A stretch of 37,373 nt of DNA from Vermamoeba vermiformis (Eukaryota). The stretch is from NCBI GenBank assembly GCA_045837725.1, contig JBEWZL010000088.1, positions 1 to 37,373 on the forward strand, in the 5' to 3' direction. The translations under genes and the position numbers were made by a program. Of this stretch, positions 12,980 to 24,120 are shown piece after piece (the first letter of the stretch is position 1; every line of letters starts with the position of its first letter). The notes beneath the pieces were generated by a model. The model was not told where the DNA came from, made no database searches, and saw only the letters and a program-made list of their open reading frames with translations.

Positions 12980-13155
12980 TGTGCTGGTCAGATCTGAAAA
13001 CTGCTCAAAAATGAACCCAGATCGAACAACCAACTTTTACTACACTATTGCCTATACCCTATATTCATTCTATCCGACACCTTAATTATATTTTAAATCG
13101 CTTTATTACATTATGAATAACACAAGAGTTAAATAACGAGTGTTTTGAGCAGATC

Positions 13156-14220
13156 TTACTCGTCGTGTTTGTACTTGTTAGGGAACGCTAATCGTTCATA
13201 TTTCTCGGGCATACGATCAGCAGGGACCTATGTGAATATAATTAATACAATGTCAATCTTAGTATCGCTTTTTAAAAACAAATGTACTGGCAAGATCCGA
13301 TCAAGAAAAATGAATTTTTAAGACTTACTTCTCGAATTAATCGATGCGTAAATATTATATAATATATATAAGCAACTAAGTACTTACAAAATCGCGGTTC
13401 TTTTGATATTCAGGACCAGCACTAGTTCTTCCCCAATAGTAGAAGCCAACAAAGGCCGACAGACCAGTAGTCAGGCCTATTATAACGTTCTGTTAGTATA
13501 TTATACGCATGCATAATGAAAAATAAATCTAATTAACATTTTAACGTTGAATGAGCTAATAAAGTGGTAGCTACATCCAATGAAAAAATTAATTCCAGTT
13601 CGATGTTACATTATTTGATGGCAATAATATTATTTAATATGCGTGTCAGTAATATTGGTGATTATAAAATGTATGTTTAATAGATCTTACCTGTCAGAGC
13701 GGTCCACTTTGAAACATAAGGATCTTTGTCGTAAAACCATTCACTGTGAAATTCATATTGCTCAGGGATCTATACAAATATTTGGTTATAATTATTATTC
13801 ATAGAGTAATAATAAAAGGCAGTGCGGCTAGTCGAACTCCAGATGGATCATAAAAAAAATTATAACCGTTACGCAGGCTAATAAATGCTTCAAAAAATTA
13901 TATTATTATTCTAGTTATTATATTACACGTGCACAATATTTTATTTAATTATTGGAAGAGTTGTAACGATTATTATAATATTATTATTGAATCTAGATAT
14001 TTTTTCATTCCAGCCATTCATTTGACTATGCACTTCTGTCCGTATAACTTACCTCGCCTTTGTATGTGCCAGTCTTATAATCAACTTTCTTTTTGATACC
14101 AGCAGCGAGTTCATCAGGAGTAAAATCTCCAGCGGCACGAGTGCGCGCTTGTCTGGAATTGACGCGCACAAAGGCTGAGCCGCGCTTAGTCAGCACTGTT
14201 CTTAATACATTCGAGGCCAT
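13156..14220 (-). CDS. Small single-TM mitochondrial protein, possibly the complex I accessory subunit NDUFB8/ASHI; 4 exons
   Basis: Arg-rich, acid-free presequence MASNVLRTVLTKRGSAFVRVNSRQARTR. Spliced core PYVSKWTALT/GLTTGLSAFVGFYYWG resembles, from memory, the plant-type NDUFB8 TM region. TAA at 13156-13158. The gene model is solid; the family call is tentative. Confidence 0.5.
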
Positions 14221-14303
14221 TGTGGCTGTAGTGCTTGTGACAAAATAAAATTATCAAAACTAATTGTCCGCCCGTAAAACACCACAGAACGAGGTCCGAC
14301 TGG
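14221..14303. promoter_or_regulatory. Probable bidirectional promoter (83 bp between divergent ATGs)
   Basis: ATG of the minus-strand gene at 14220 and ATG of the plus-strand signal-peptide exon at 14304. Confidence 0.5.
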
Positions 14304-15345
14304 ATGCATAAACAATTGACATTGTACGTGGTGTTGCTAGTATTAATACAAGCAGGCCTAGCGTATTGTAAGTCCCGGTTAAACTGCACTTTTGCAAGAT
14401 CAAGGAACAATATGACATTTTGATAATTATTTACATTTATCAGACATCACACTAGTAACCAGATAATCCCATTTACAATTGCGCTTACATTAACTTGGGA
14501 ATTCTTTTACTGGAATTAATCATTCCCGTTTTTTTTGACCCGAGAATCCGTTGTAAACTTTTTTGTTAGGGATTAAATATCATCCAGCTGATGCTACAGT
14601 AGAGCTTGGAGAAACAGCAAGCTTTTACGTGGGTCTAGATCCCTCCAGAACATCACTTTATGGCTTTAAATACAAGTGGTATTTGAATGATCGCGAGGTG
14701 GCATCTGGTGAATACCAAACTTCAGTGCGTGTCGTAGCCACGGAAGAACTGCAAAATGCTCGCGTATATGCAGCTGTATATGACGCCCACTACAAGGATA
14801 AATTGCTCGAACGATCCAATACTGCCTTTTTGCATATCACAAAGCCCAAACCCCCGCCAGTACCAGAACTGCCTTCGCTCGAAGAATTCGACTTGCCCTC
14901 GTCTGTCATTGGCTATTCTGGCGAGTACATCGAGCTATCCATTCCTCAACCACCGGAAAATATTCCCACGCGCATTCAGTGGTCTATTGATGGTGTTCCG
15001 TTGGTTGGTCAAATCTACCCACAACTGCGCATGAAAGTGACCAGTGAGCTGGATAATGTGCAAATAGAAGTGGTAGTAGTAGGTCCTAAGGACACCATAC
15101 GCCGAACGACTATATTGCACGTCTATTGGGCCAAGTGGATCGTGGTTGTAGGGGCAGTTGCAGCAGGCGTCGTGTTCCTCGGCCTTGTCGCAGGAATTAT
15201 TGTTGGCGTATTTGTGCTTAAGAAACGTGGATACCTGCGCAAACAAACTACGACCAAGGTCGAGGTGGCTTTTAAACCTCTCAATCAACAGGCGACAGAT
15301 GGAGATCAAGATCTTGGTGCCAGCACCGAGCTGGAGCTCAATTAA
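14304..15345 (+). CDS. Type I membrane protein with two Cys-free Ig-like domains
   Basis: Signal-peptide exon MHKQLTLYVVLLVLIQAGLAY, then a phase-1 intron (gtaagt...ttag) to WIKYHPADATVELGETASFYV...YKWYLND. Second repeat ...IQWSIDGVPLVGQ. TM segment WIVVVGAVAAGVVFLGLVAGIIVGVFVL followed by KKR and a short tail. Confidence 0.75.
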
Positions 15346-15522
15346 CTGTTATAATAATAAAACCAAATGTTCATAGCTAATAATATGGATTCCTTTCGGT
15401 AGTGTGTTTTTTTTTAAGTGAGCTGTTTTAGCAAAATTATTTCATTTTTTTCTTACCGAGGCAATCCGCAACACACGCGTGTCATTATTTATTGTTAATA
15501 TTAATAGTACATTTGTGTAAAT

Positions 15523-16263
15523 ATGGCTACTGAGGGCATTAGCGAGGCTCAGTTCTTTGTTGAATTAGAGAGATATGACAAGGTAAGAACTGGATGGGGT
15601 CACGCGAATTGGATGTACCCACCTCTTCGTGCAAATTAATCCATAATATTTAAATAATACGTAGATACTATATTATGAATATTTATGCTATTAATTAACT
15701 GGTGACTAATTTTGTTATTGAAATTGCAATTTATTTGCTAATTATTTTTGCGATTAGGTCAGAGAAGGTGATTGGCAAGGCTGGCATACTATGGTAAGCC
15801 CATATAATATTATATAACGCATATTTTATGCTTAGAGCGCTCGCATTCATTGTCTACGGTACATCCGGAAGATCTGACATTTTTCGTTTCAGGCTCGAGC
15901 AGCACCGAAGAAACAAGCAATTGTAAATAATAACACTAACACTAACAATAATGATTCATCACTATTAGCCAGTCAATTAGACAAATTACAAATCGGTAAG
16001 CGAAAATTTAGATCTCGATCTGTTTGGCCGTTACATGCGGCTTGCGTGCCTTTCTTATGCATGAATTTGCGCTAATAAGTATTACTATAGACAATAGTCA
16101 AGATTTTTATACAAATTTGAAGAAGGTATTGCCTACTTTATTCCCTGGCGCAGATCCGGATCAAGTCCTTCAACTTTTTAAAGAAGAACAAGCTCATGTT
16201 ATCGCATCGTTATCTTTAGACGATATGGAACGATATTTTAGTGTAGTAAATAACTCTAAGTAA
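15523..16263 (+). CDS. Small hypothetical protein; 4 exons
   Basis: MATEGISEAQFFVELERYDK/VREGDWQGWHTM/ARAAPKKQ.../DNSQDFYTNLKKVLP...LSLDDMERYF, joined in frame by canonical GT-AG introns. Confidence 0.7.
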
Positions 16264-16382
16264 ATTATTCTTTCAAATTCGGCCGATCTACATCCATCGA
16301 AGTTTCGCCATTTTTTTCTGTGCGCGCTTTCATCCGTTAATTTTATCTTATTTTATTTTGAACGAACACATATAACGGCACC

Positions 16383-17950
16383 ATGCAACCATCCATCCTA
16401 AAGAGAGGCCTACAACAGAGTAGCAGATTCGCCCTTCTAGTGATCTTGCTTGTTTCAGTTGTGAATGCCGTGAATGTTGCTATTTCGCCTTCGAATAATA
16501 TGATAAATTATTCTGGTCGATTTGATATGACTAATCCTAAACAAATAAGGTAAAGAACCGCTCAGATATTTTTCTTTTTGAAGGATCTGGTTTAACCTAA
16601 CAAATTACCCGCGCATTAAATTAAAAGCACATTAATAAATGCTTAATATATTAACTGCCAAATTCCTGCTGCTAAACTCTCCAGAGAAATTAATTTTATT
16701 ATTCACAAGGACAAAAGATCCGTGCGATTATCAATGCTTGTCTTATGATTGTATAATAATATTAATATGCACGCTATAGATTTGATTGGAGTGGTGTATC
16801 CATCTCGTACACATTCATCGGTGCTACCAACACTTCCATTCAGCTGTCAGACCACGGCAACATGTACTCCGTGTACATTAATAACAAATTGTATGCTATT
16901 CTCAACACTACGAGCGCTGTTAATTATAACTACGCTGTGGCGCAAAATTTGGATCCGACTCAAATTTACACCGTTAAAATTGTAAGTTCCACTATATTGA
17001 TAATTTTAGTTATTAATATTATTACTATATTAGGTAAAGCGAAATGAAGCTTTATTTGGCGTTGTCTTGTTGACTGGATTCAATTTTGAAGCGCCGAATC
17101 CGAGCAGATTCTCGTTATTGCCCATGCCCGCTAAGCGAGCCAATTCAATTGTCAACAGAATAGAGTTCATTGGCGACTCGATCACATGTGGCTATGGTGA
17201 TCTTGGTATTGATCGTAAGTCATCTTAGAGAAATTTCGCGTGCCAGATCTGACCTCTCGCACGTGTAGCATGTCCTTTCAATCAAGGCACTCAAAACATT
17301 GAAGTCGATTACGCTGCATTGACAGCTGATGCCCTTGGTGCCGAGTATCATATTCAGTGCTGGTCTGGCAAAGGTAAGCATTGGCACGTGTCAAAGTGTC
17401 ATTTTTGAAACTGTTGTTGACACGTGTCAGGTGTCGTACGTAACTACGGTGAAAAAACACCCACAAGTCCAGTCCCGTTCCCAATGATCTACAAGCGCAC
17501 TGTGGCCAATGACGCCAACTCAACTTGGAACCCCGCGCAGTGGACTCCTGACGTCGTGGTCATCAACTTGGGCACAAACGATTACTCCACTCAGCCTGCG
17601 TACGTAACACGAGTCACATCGCTCGTGCATCTATCGTTAACTTATATTAATATATGTATTTGTGTAGCCCTGCTGAAGACGTCTTTGTGCAAGGCTACGT
17701 CAATTTGATTAATTTTGTGCTCGCTGCTTATCCGAACGCGAATGTGTTTGCCATGTGTGGGCCTATGATCAGATACCCGTGTTGCATGTACGTGCACGAA
17801 GCAGCATCGAAGTTTGGACCGCAAGTACATTACGTCGATGCACACGTCTATGGAGAACATCGAGGTTGTTCAGGACACCCAGATCTGACTATGCACCAAA
17901 AGATGGCTGAAGTCTTGACAACTGCTATTGAAACTGAGTTAGCTAATTAG
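16383..17950 (+). CDS. Secreted SGNH/GDSL hydrolase, carbohydrate esterase family 2 (acetyl xylan/mannan esterase-like); multi-exon
   Basis: Hydrophobic leader, CE2 N-domain YSGRFD...RFDWSGVSI, block I RIEFIGDSITCGYGDLG, WSGKGVVRNYG, block III PDVVVINLGTNDYS, C-terminal GCSGHP. Confidence 0.88.
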
Positions 17951-18001
17951 AGCGCTTAGTAAATGATCCGCGGGGCGGCCCGGGAGGTCGCCTACAGAAC
18001 G

Positions 18002-18032
18002 CCCCCCCCCCTCCCCCCCCCCCCCCCCCCCG

Positions 18033-18069
<37 letters not shown>

Positions 18070-18117
18070 TTCCCCCCCCCCCCCCCCACTCCTCTCCCCC
18101 CCCCCCCCCCTCCCCTC

Positions 18118-18177
<60 letters not shown>

Positions 18178-18214
18178 CCCCCCCCCCCCCTCCCCCCCCC
18201 CCCCCCCCCTCCCC

Positions 18215-18246
<32 letters not shown>

Positions 18247-18356
18247 ACCCCCCCCCCCCCCCCCCCCCCCCCCTCCACCCCCCCCCCCCCTCCCCCCCCC
18301 CTCCCCCCCCCCCCCGCGCCCCCCCCCCCGCCCCCGCCCCCCCCCCACCCCCCCCG

Positions 18357-18419
<63 letters not shown>

Positions 18420-18730
18420 CCCGCCGCCCCCCCCCCCCCCCGCCGCCCCCGCCCCCCCCCCCCGCGCCCCCCCCGCCCCTCCTGCCCCCCGCCCCCCCGC
18501 CCCCCCCCCGCGCGCCGCGACCCAGACGCGGAGGCCGCCGCCCGGGGTCGCGCGCCGGGCCCCGCGGGCCCCCCCCCCCCCCCCCCCGGAGCGGCGGCCC
18601 GGGAGGACCCGCGCCCGAGCCATCACAGGGCCGGGCAGGAGAGGAGAAGGAGGAGGGGCGAGGAGAGGGGCCCGGGGGGGGGAGGGGGGAGCGGGCCGCG
18701 GGGGCGGGCGGGGCGGAGAGGCGGAAGGAA
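18002..18730. repeat. Poly-C tract (about 18002-18590) followed by G-rich low-complexity sequence; probable sequencing or assembly artefact
   Basis: About 600 nt of near-homopolymer C with aperiodic interruptions, then G runs. The composition is unlike the rest of the window and the tract lies between convergent stop codons. Confidence 0.85.
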
Positions 18731-19172
18731 ATTTGGGAGCTTTTATTTTAGCAATGTTGGTGTCGTACATCAGGGAAAGTACAGGGACTAGATCTAGAGG
18801 TGTACACCCACTATGAGTGCGATACTCGAGAGGCTTATTTGCTTGTCTTTGTCTGAGTAGTTGAGGAAGTTAACTGGCGTTAGTGGCGAAGCGAGTAACA
18901 AAAATGTGACAATTGACTTGGAGCGTGAGAGGGGAAGGACTATGTGCGAAGAGTATACCCGGCAAGATTAGAAGAATGAGAAGGAAGTGAAGGAATGACA
19001 CAGGGAGAGAAGGGAAGAAGAGTGGCGACACGGTGAGTAAGCCCCTGACGGTCCGAAGAGCGCGATGAGGGTAGGAGGAGGTAACTGATGGGAAATTGTG
19101 ATGTAAAAGGTGGTGGAGGGGCGGGGGCGGAGGACCGGACAATACGCGACTAGCGAGAGGCCAATTAAATTT

Positions 19173-20983
19173 TTATCGCATAATTAAGGTGCACAAATGA
19201 TACGCAAGCCAATGCACTGACTTGGTTAATATGCCACGCTTCTCCCAATCAACGAGCGTGACTTCCGTCGACAACTTCAAGTCCTCTACAAACTGTTCTT
19301 CGAGCTGTTTCGTGGTGCTTTGATCCAAAATTGATAAATTGACTTCGAGCAAGTGTCGCCATGACAATCGATCGAGATTAAATGAACCGACTATAGCGTG
19401 CACTCCGTCAATAGTAGCTGACTTGGCGTGCAATTCTTTATCGACCATTTCGTAGATCTTGACTCCCTTGCGCAAAAACAGGCCGTAGATGTGTTTGGCG
19501 GCTATATTAACGACAGGTACATCGCATTTGCCTGCTATTAATATGCGCACATCAACGCCACGCAATGAGGCTCGAATAATGGCTTGACGAAGTTTTCTTG
19601 GCGGCAAAAAATAAGGCGTCGTCTAATAGCGTTAATTAGCCTCATAATTAATATAATAGTGTTACTTACAATATAACATCGTTCTTGTGCGTTTTCTAAT
19701 GTAATTCTAAACGCGCGTTGAATTTGCCATTTGTTCGCGCGCACATCCGACTCCAAGACCTGCATGAACACTCCGTCCGCATATCTTTTGACATTTTTCC
19801 ACATGACACTCTTCTGTTCGAGTAATATTTGCTGCCAATCAGGCGTAGCGCGTTTCAGCGAATTTTCGAAGACTTGTGCCAAGTGAATAACTGCGGGCCC
19901 TTCAACACGCGCGTGAGTATCGCGAAATCTCCCGTTGCCTCCAACATCCACGCCAGCATAGTCTATTACCATATTAGGCAATGTTCATGCTCAAAATAGC
20001 TTTGCAAACGTACCGCTAGCTAAATTCATGCCACCGCAAAAGGCAACTTCGCCGTCCACAACCAAAATCTTACGGTGATCACGGAAGCGGAGGCCTTGAA
20101 AGAAACTCCACACCGAGGGCCATATATTATTAAACTCCATCACGTCTATTATTAATAATTAGTAATCTTGGAATTTTGTTGCAAAGAGCCACATCCGCAG
20201 ACTTACTCGCGCCTGCTTCTTTGAGCGCTTTAATGTGCTTGTTTCTTATTAATAGGCTTCCATAATGATCATATATGAGTGTGACTCTGTAGTAATGTTA
20301 ATAAGGCTCGAAGTTGATTTAAAAGTAGTACGTACTTGCATCCGCGTTCCGCAGCTTTTCTAAGTTCATCTAATGTCCTCAAGCCCACTGTATCAGGCTT
20401 TAATATAAATGTTTCCATCCAGACGCGCTCTTTGGCCCCTTGTATTTCTTTCCACATCGCTGAAAAAGCCTGACATAAAAGAAACAAATTAGATCTAGTG
20501 CGTGGATCTACAGATCCATCAAATCCAAAACGTACGTCAGATCCATTAGTATACACTGTTAGCCTATTCCCTAATGATCCTCTTTGAGGGTATAGTCGCT
20601 GTATTGCGTTTTGCCATTTATCACCAACCTGCAGTGAAGTCAGTGAATAAGTGAGTTTAGATGCGCTTGAAAAATTTTACTAATTTTCAAAGACCCTATA
20701 CAAGCGCCCTTGTATTATTAATATCGTTAATTTTGCATAATTAAGCGAATTAAAAATAATTATTTTCTGATCTTAAGAGATCTCACTTTCTTACCTTAGT
20801 AGCGACATAACGAAGATGTTCTGACGCAACAGTCCTTCCAAATATTTTTTTAGCAGCTTGTACTTGTAATTTTAATCGTTTTGGCAGCCTGGGCCGCAGC
20901 ATGACAGCCGTGGGGGCATTGTTAGTCCGATCCTTTACGGCGGCTAATCTTTTTGCTATTATTTCGCGCAGTCGCCTACTCAT
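19173..20983 (-). CDS. cls: Cardiolipin synthase, bacterial phospholipase-D type (ClsB-like), with a basic N-terminal presequence; multi-exon
   Basis: Two HKD motifs: RDHRKILVVDGEVAFCGGMNL and LHAKSATIDGVHAIVGSFNLD. Also GNRLTVYTNG, GAKERVWMETFIL, FRDTHARVEGPAV, TTPYFLPP, RGVDVRIL. Confidence 0.88.
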
Positions 20984-21417
20984 TGCGATTTGCTCATTCG
21001 CTGCTTGCACGAAAAACTCGAAATAAAAATGATATTCAGAAAATATGAAATTAATTTATGAGCACTTCTGCGCACTCTTTGGCGGTCTTTCGTTTGTAGT
21101 GTGCATTGTGAATTTAATAGTCCTCTTTCAGTGAAGAATAAAGAACTAGTGCACTGCTCGATGCTACTCGCTGGGGGGAGATAATAATGAGCTCAATTCA
21201 GAGGCGGTCGGATATTTTTGGAGCTTTACAATCTTTCGCAAGCTTGAATTCATCCTATATTTACAGGTCACTAAGGGGAGGTGACGTGTTCGCCGCAGTT
21301 TTCCTGTGCAACTCGCACGTTGAACTCACGAGCAGAATTTGACGGCCTTAAAAAGCAAGATTTTTTTAAATCATATCAATAAAACTTAAAGTAATACAAC
21401 ACAAGAGTTGAAAAACA

Positions 21418-23790
21418 ATGCAATCAATTGTAAATTCCGTTCAGAAAGGCGTGGATCGTGTCACTGACGTGGTCAATCGTACTTGGGAGTATAAACAAGC
21501 CCATCCTCATGCCTTCGCTGCAGCTATTATCGCCTCATCGAGTAAGAATATTAAATTAAATAAATACGATTTTCCAGAATAATTCAGTAATATTTTCGGA
21601 TTTGCCTTTGCTAACTAAACTATTCGCAGTCCTCGGAAAATTGGTGATTAAGCTTGCCCAACGCTTCGTCAAGAGCAACACTATTTTAGAAATTTCTTTT
21701 GACTCGCACCGCGAAGTTGCTGAAATTGTTGATCCCAACGAGCAATGGTTCAATCAACACAAAATCGAGTTCCGCAAGGTAAATTAAGCATTAACATATT
21801 TAATTTAGCCATAAAGATCTTAATCTTAATTTAATATTTTCCTAGCTTCTTGAGACCCTCGAAGTTGCCGCCAAAGACAAGCGTGTCGTTGGTATTATTG
21901 CTCGTATTAGCGCTTTGCCTTCTGGCATGGACGCCTCTCATATTTCCGTAAGTATGAAAATTAAGCCACGTCGCAAGTGAGCTCACAAATCTATTTGATC
22001 TGCAGGAACTCGGTCAAGTTTTGCTGAAATTTAAAGCGAACGGCAAGAAATCTTTTGCCGTCTACGAAGCCGAATACGGATCGAACTCGCTCGGCACTTA
22101 CTTCTTGGCCTCATATTTTGGTAAGTACTAAAATCTACGACCAATCTTTTCTTACCGTCGTTACACGCAGACAAGATCTACTTGCCCGAGTGCTTCGCCT
22201 TGAACTTGATTGGTGTGCGCGTAGACTCGCCGTTCATTAAGAACCTGTTGCACAAGATTGGTGTTGAACCTGAAATTGGTCAACGCAAAGAATACAAGGT
22301 ACGCATGAAAAATGAAAAGTGTGTTTATAACAATACTAAATGACTTTATATAGAATGCTGCAAATATGTTCCAAGAAGAAAAATACACCGAAGCTCATCG
22401 CGAGGCAACAGTGTCAATGATTGACAGCTATTTTGCTCACATAGCCACGGAGATCGCAAAGAACAGAGGTTGGGACGTTGAAACTACTAAAAAAGTTTTG
22501 ACTGAAGGCCCATACTTCGCGCAACGTGCTCTCGAACTCAAATTGGTCGATAAAATCGCGTACAGTGAAGAACTTTACGAGAGTTTGGAATCGTTGTTTG
22601 GCACCAAGAAGACCAACTTGTTGTTCGTCGAGAAGTACGGCAAGAAGATCGCTCACTTGCGCCCCTACTCATCGGTGAGTCCTCCTATTGTCCTGTATTA
22701 ACCTCGTGCTAACAGTGAATATATAGGGCAAAAATTGGGTCGGTTTGATCACCCTTGAAGGCAGTGTCATGGCCGGCAATCACGGAGGAATCTCGTCTGA
22801 TCCTGTCGTGGCCGCTATTCGTGCTGCACGTGAAGACAAAAAACTCAAAGCCGTAGTCATTCGCATCAACAGCGGTGGTGGCTCGTACGTGGCTTCGGAT
22901 GAAATCGCTCGTGAAGTGAAAAAATTGGCCGAGACTAAGAAAGTCGTCATCTCCATGTCAAGTAAGGCACTTTCTATTATTCATGAATGGTTCTAATGAC
23001 CTTTATTCTTAGCTGTTGCTGCCTCTGGTGGTTATTACATTTCAATGAACGCGCACAAGATCTTCGCGACACCGTTGACTTTTACTGGCTCTATTGGTGT
23101 CTTCTACGGCAAGTTCTTCGCTCGTGAAATGTGGAACAAGTTGGGCATTACCTTCGATGACTATCAGATTGGTGAAAATGCCACGTTCACGAGCTCATTG
23201 GCTAAATACAGCGACCAAGAGAGGTAAGTCAAGCGACCCAAAATTCATTAAGGTATCTTATTCTGACGTGTCTAATTGATAGAAAACTCCTGAACGAGAC
23301 GTTGGACTTCATCTACAACGATTTCACGGGCAAAGTTGCTGCGGCACGTAAAATGTCACGTGAAGATGTTGAGCGCGTGGCAAGAGGCCGTGTTTGGACC
23401 GGCAATCAAGCCAAAGAAGCGAAGATTATTGACGAGGTCGGCTACTTACAAGATGCCATTGAGGCCGCTAAAGAGCTCAGCAACATTCCTAAAGAGACCA
23501 AGATCAACTTGCAGATCTACCCCAAGCCCGTCTCGATCTTGAAACAGATCCTCAACCCGCCCAACAACTCTCGTCAAACGACCGTTGGAATCATGGGCGC
23601 GCCTAATGCATCGCTTTGGGGCACCTTCGTCAATATGATCTTCGTCTCGAGACGATTGTCGACGTTCATGGGTTTGCTCAACTACGTCACTAGATCCTCG
23701 ATGTTCTCGGGTCAACAGCTCCAATACAACGCGGGTGGCATCACTATTTCGCCTTCTTTGTCTAGTGCCGCAGATTTACCTTCCATTTAA
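21418..23790 (+). CDS. sppA: Signal peptide peptidase SppA (protease IV, S49), long two-domain form; multi-exon
   Basis: LEVAAKDKRVVGI, YFLASYF/DKIYL, catalytic Lys region RKEYK/NAANMF, AVVIRINSGGGSYVASDEI, catalytic Ser in AASGGYYI, TGSIGV, ARGRVWTGNQA. Confidence 0.93.
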
Positions 23791-24120
23791 ATGAAATAAC
23801 TTGAAAGTCTCGTAAAGAACAATAAATGCCTGTTTTATCAATCTTTCTACAAGCGCCAATATCGGATCTTTTTGTGTCGGCACCGTGCCATCACCGGATC
23901 TTTTCGAAATTTATTCAACGTTTGACAAAATGATCACCTCGTGTAAATATAGTAGCAAAACTATAAGATCAACTAAAGTGCATCTCAGGTTTCTCGGAGT
24001 TGTCGCAAAATATTTTCTCAAATAAACACGAAGCGAAAGATAACGATTGACGGATGAGGGACAAAACGGAATCAATAAATCCCTTGACAAAAATAATCGT
24101 TGTCTATCATTATATCAAGT

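Noticed and set aside
17943-18770. Poly-Pro (+) and poly-Gly (-) ORFs resembling formin, extensin or glycine-rich proteins
   Set aside because: They are translations of a C homopolymer with almost only CCC codons, no flanking domain and no splice context.
18870-19142. 90 aa hydrophobic ORF on the minus strand
   Set aside because: Lies in the purine-skewed low-quality zone; its composition follows from the skew.
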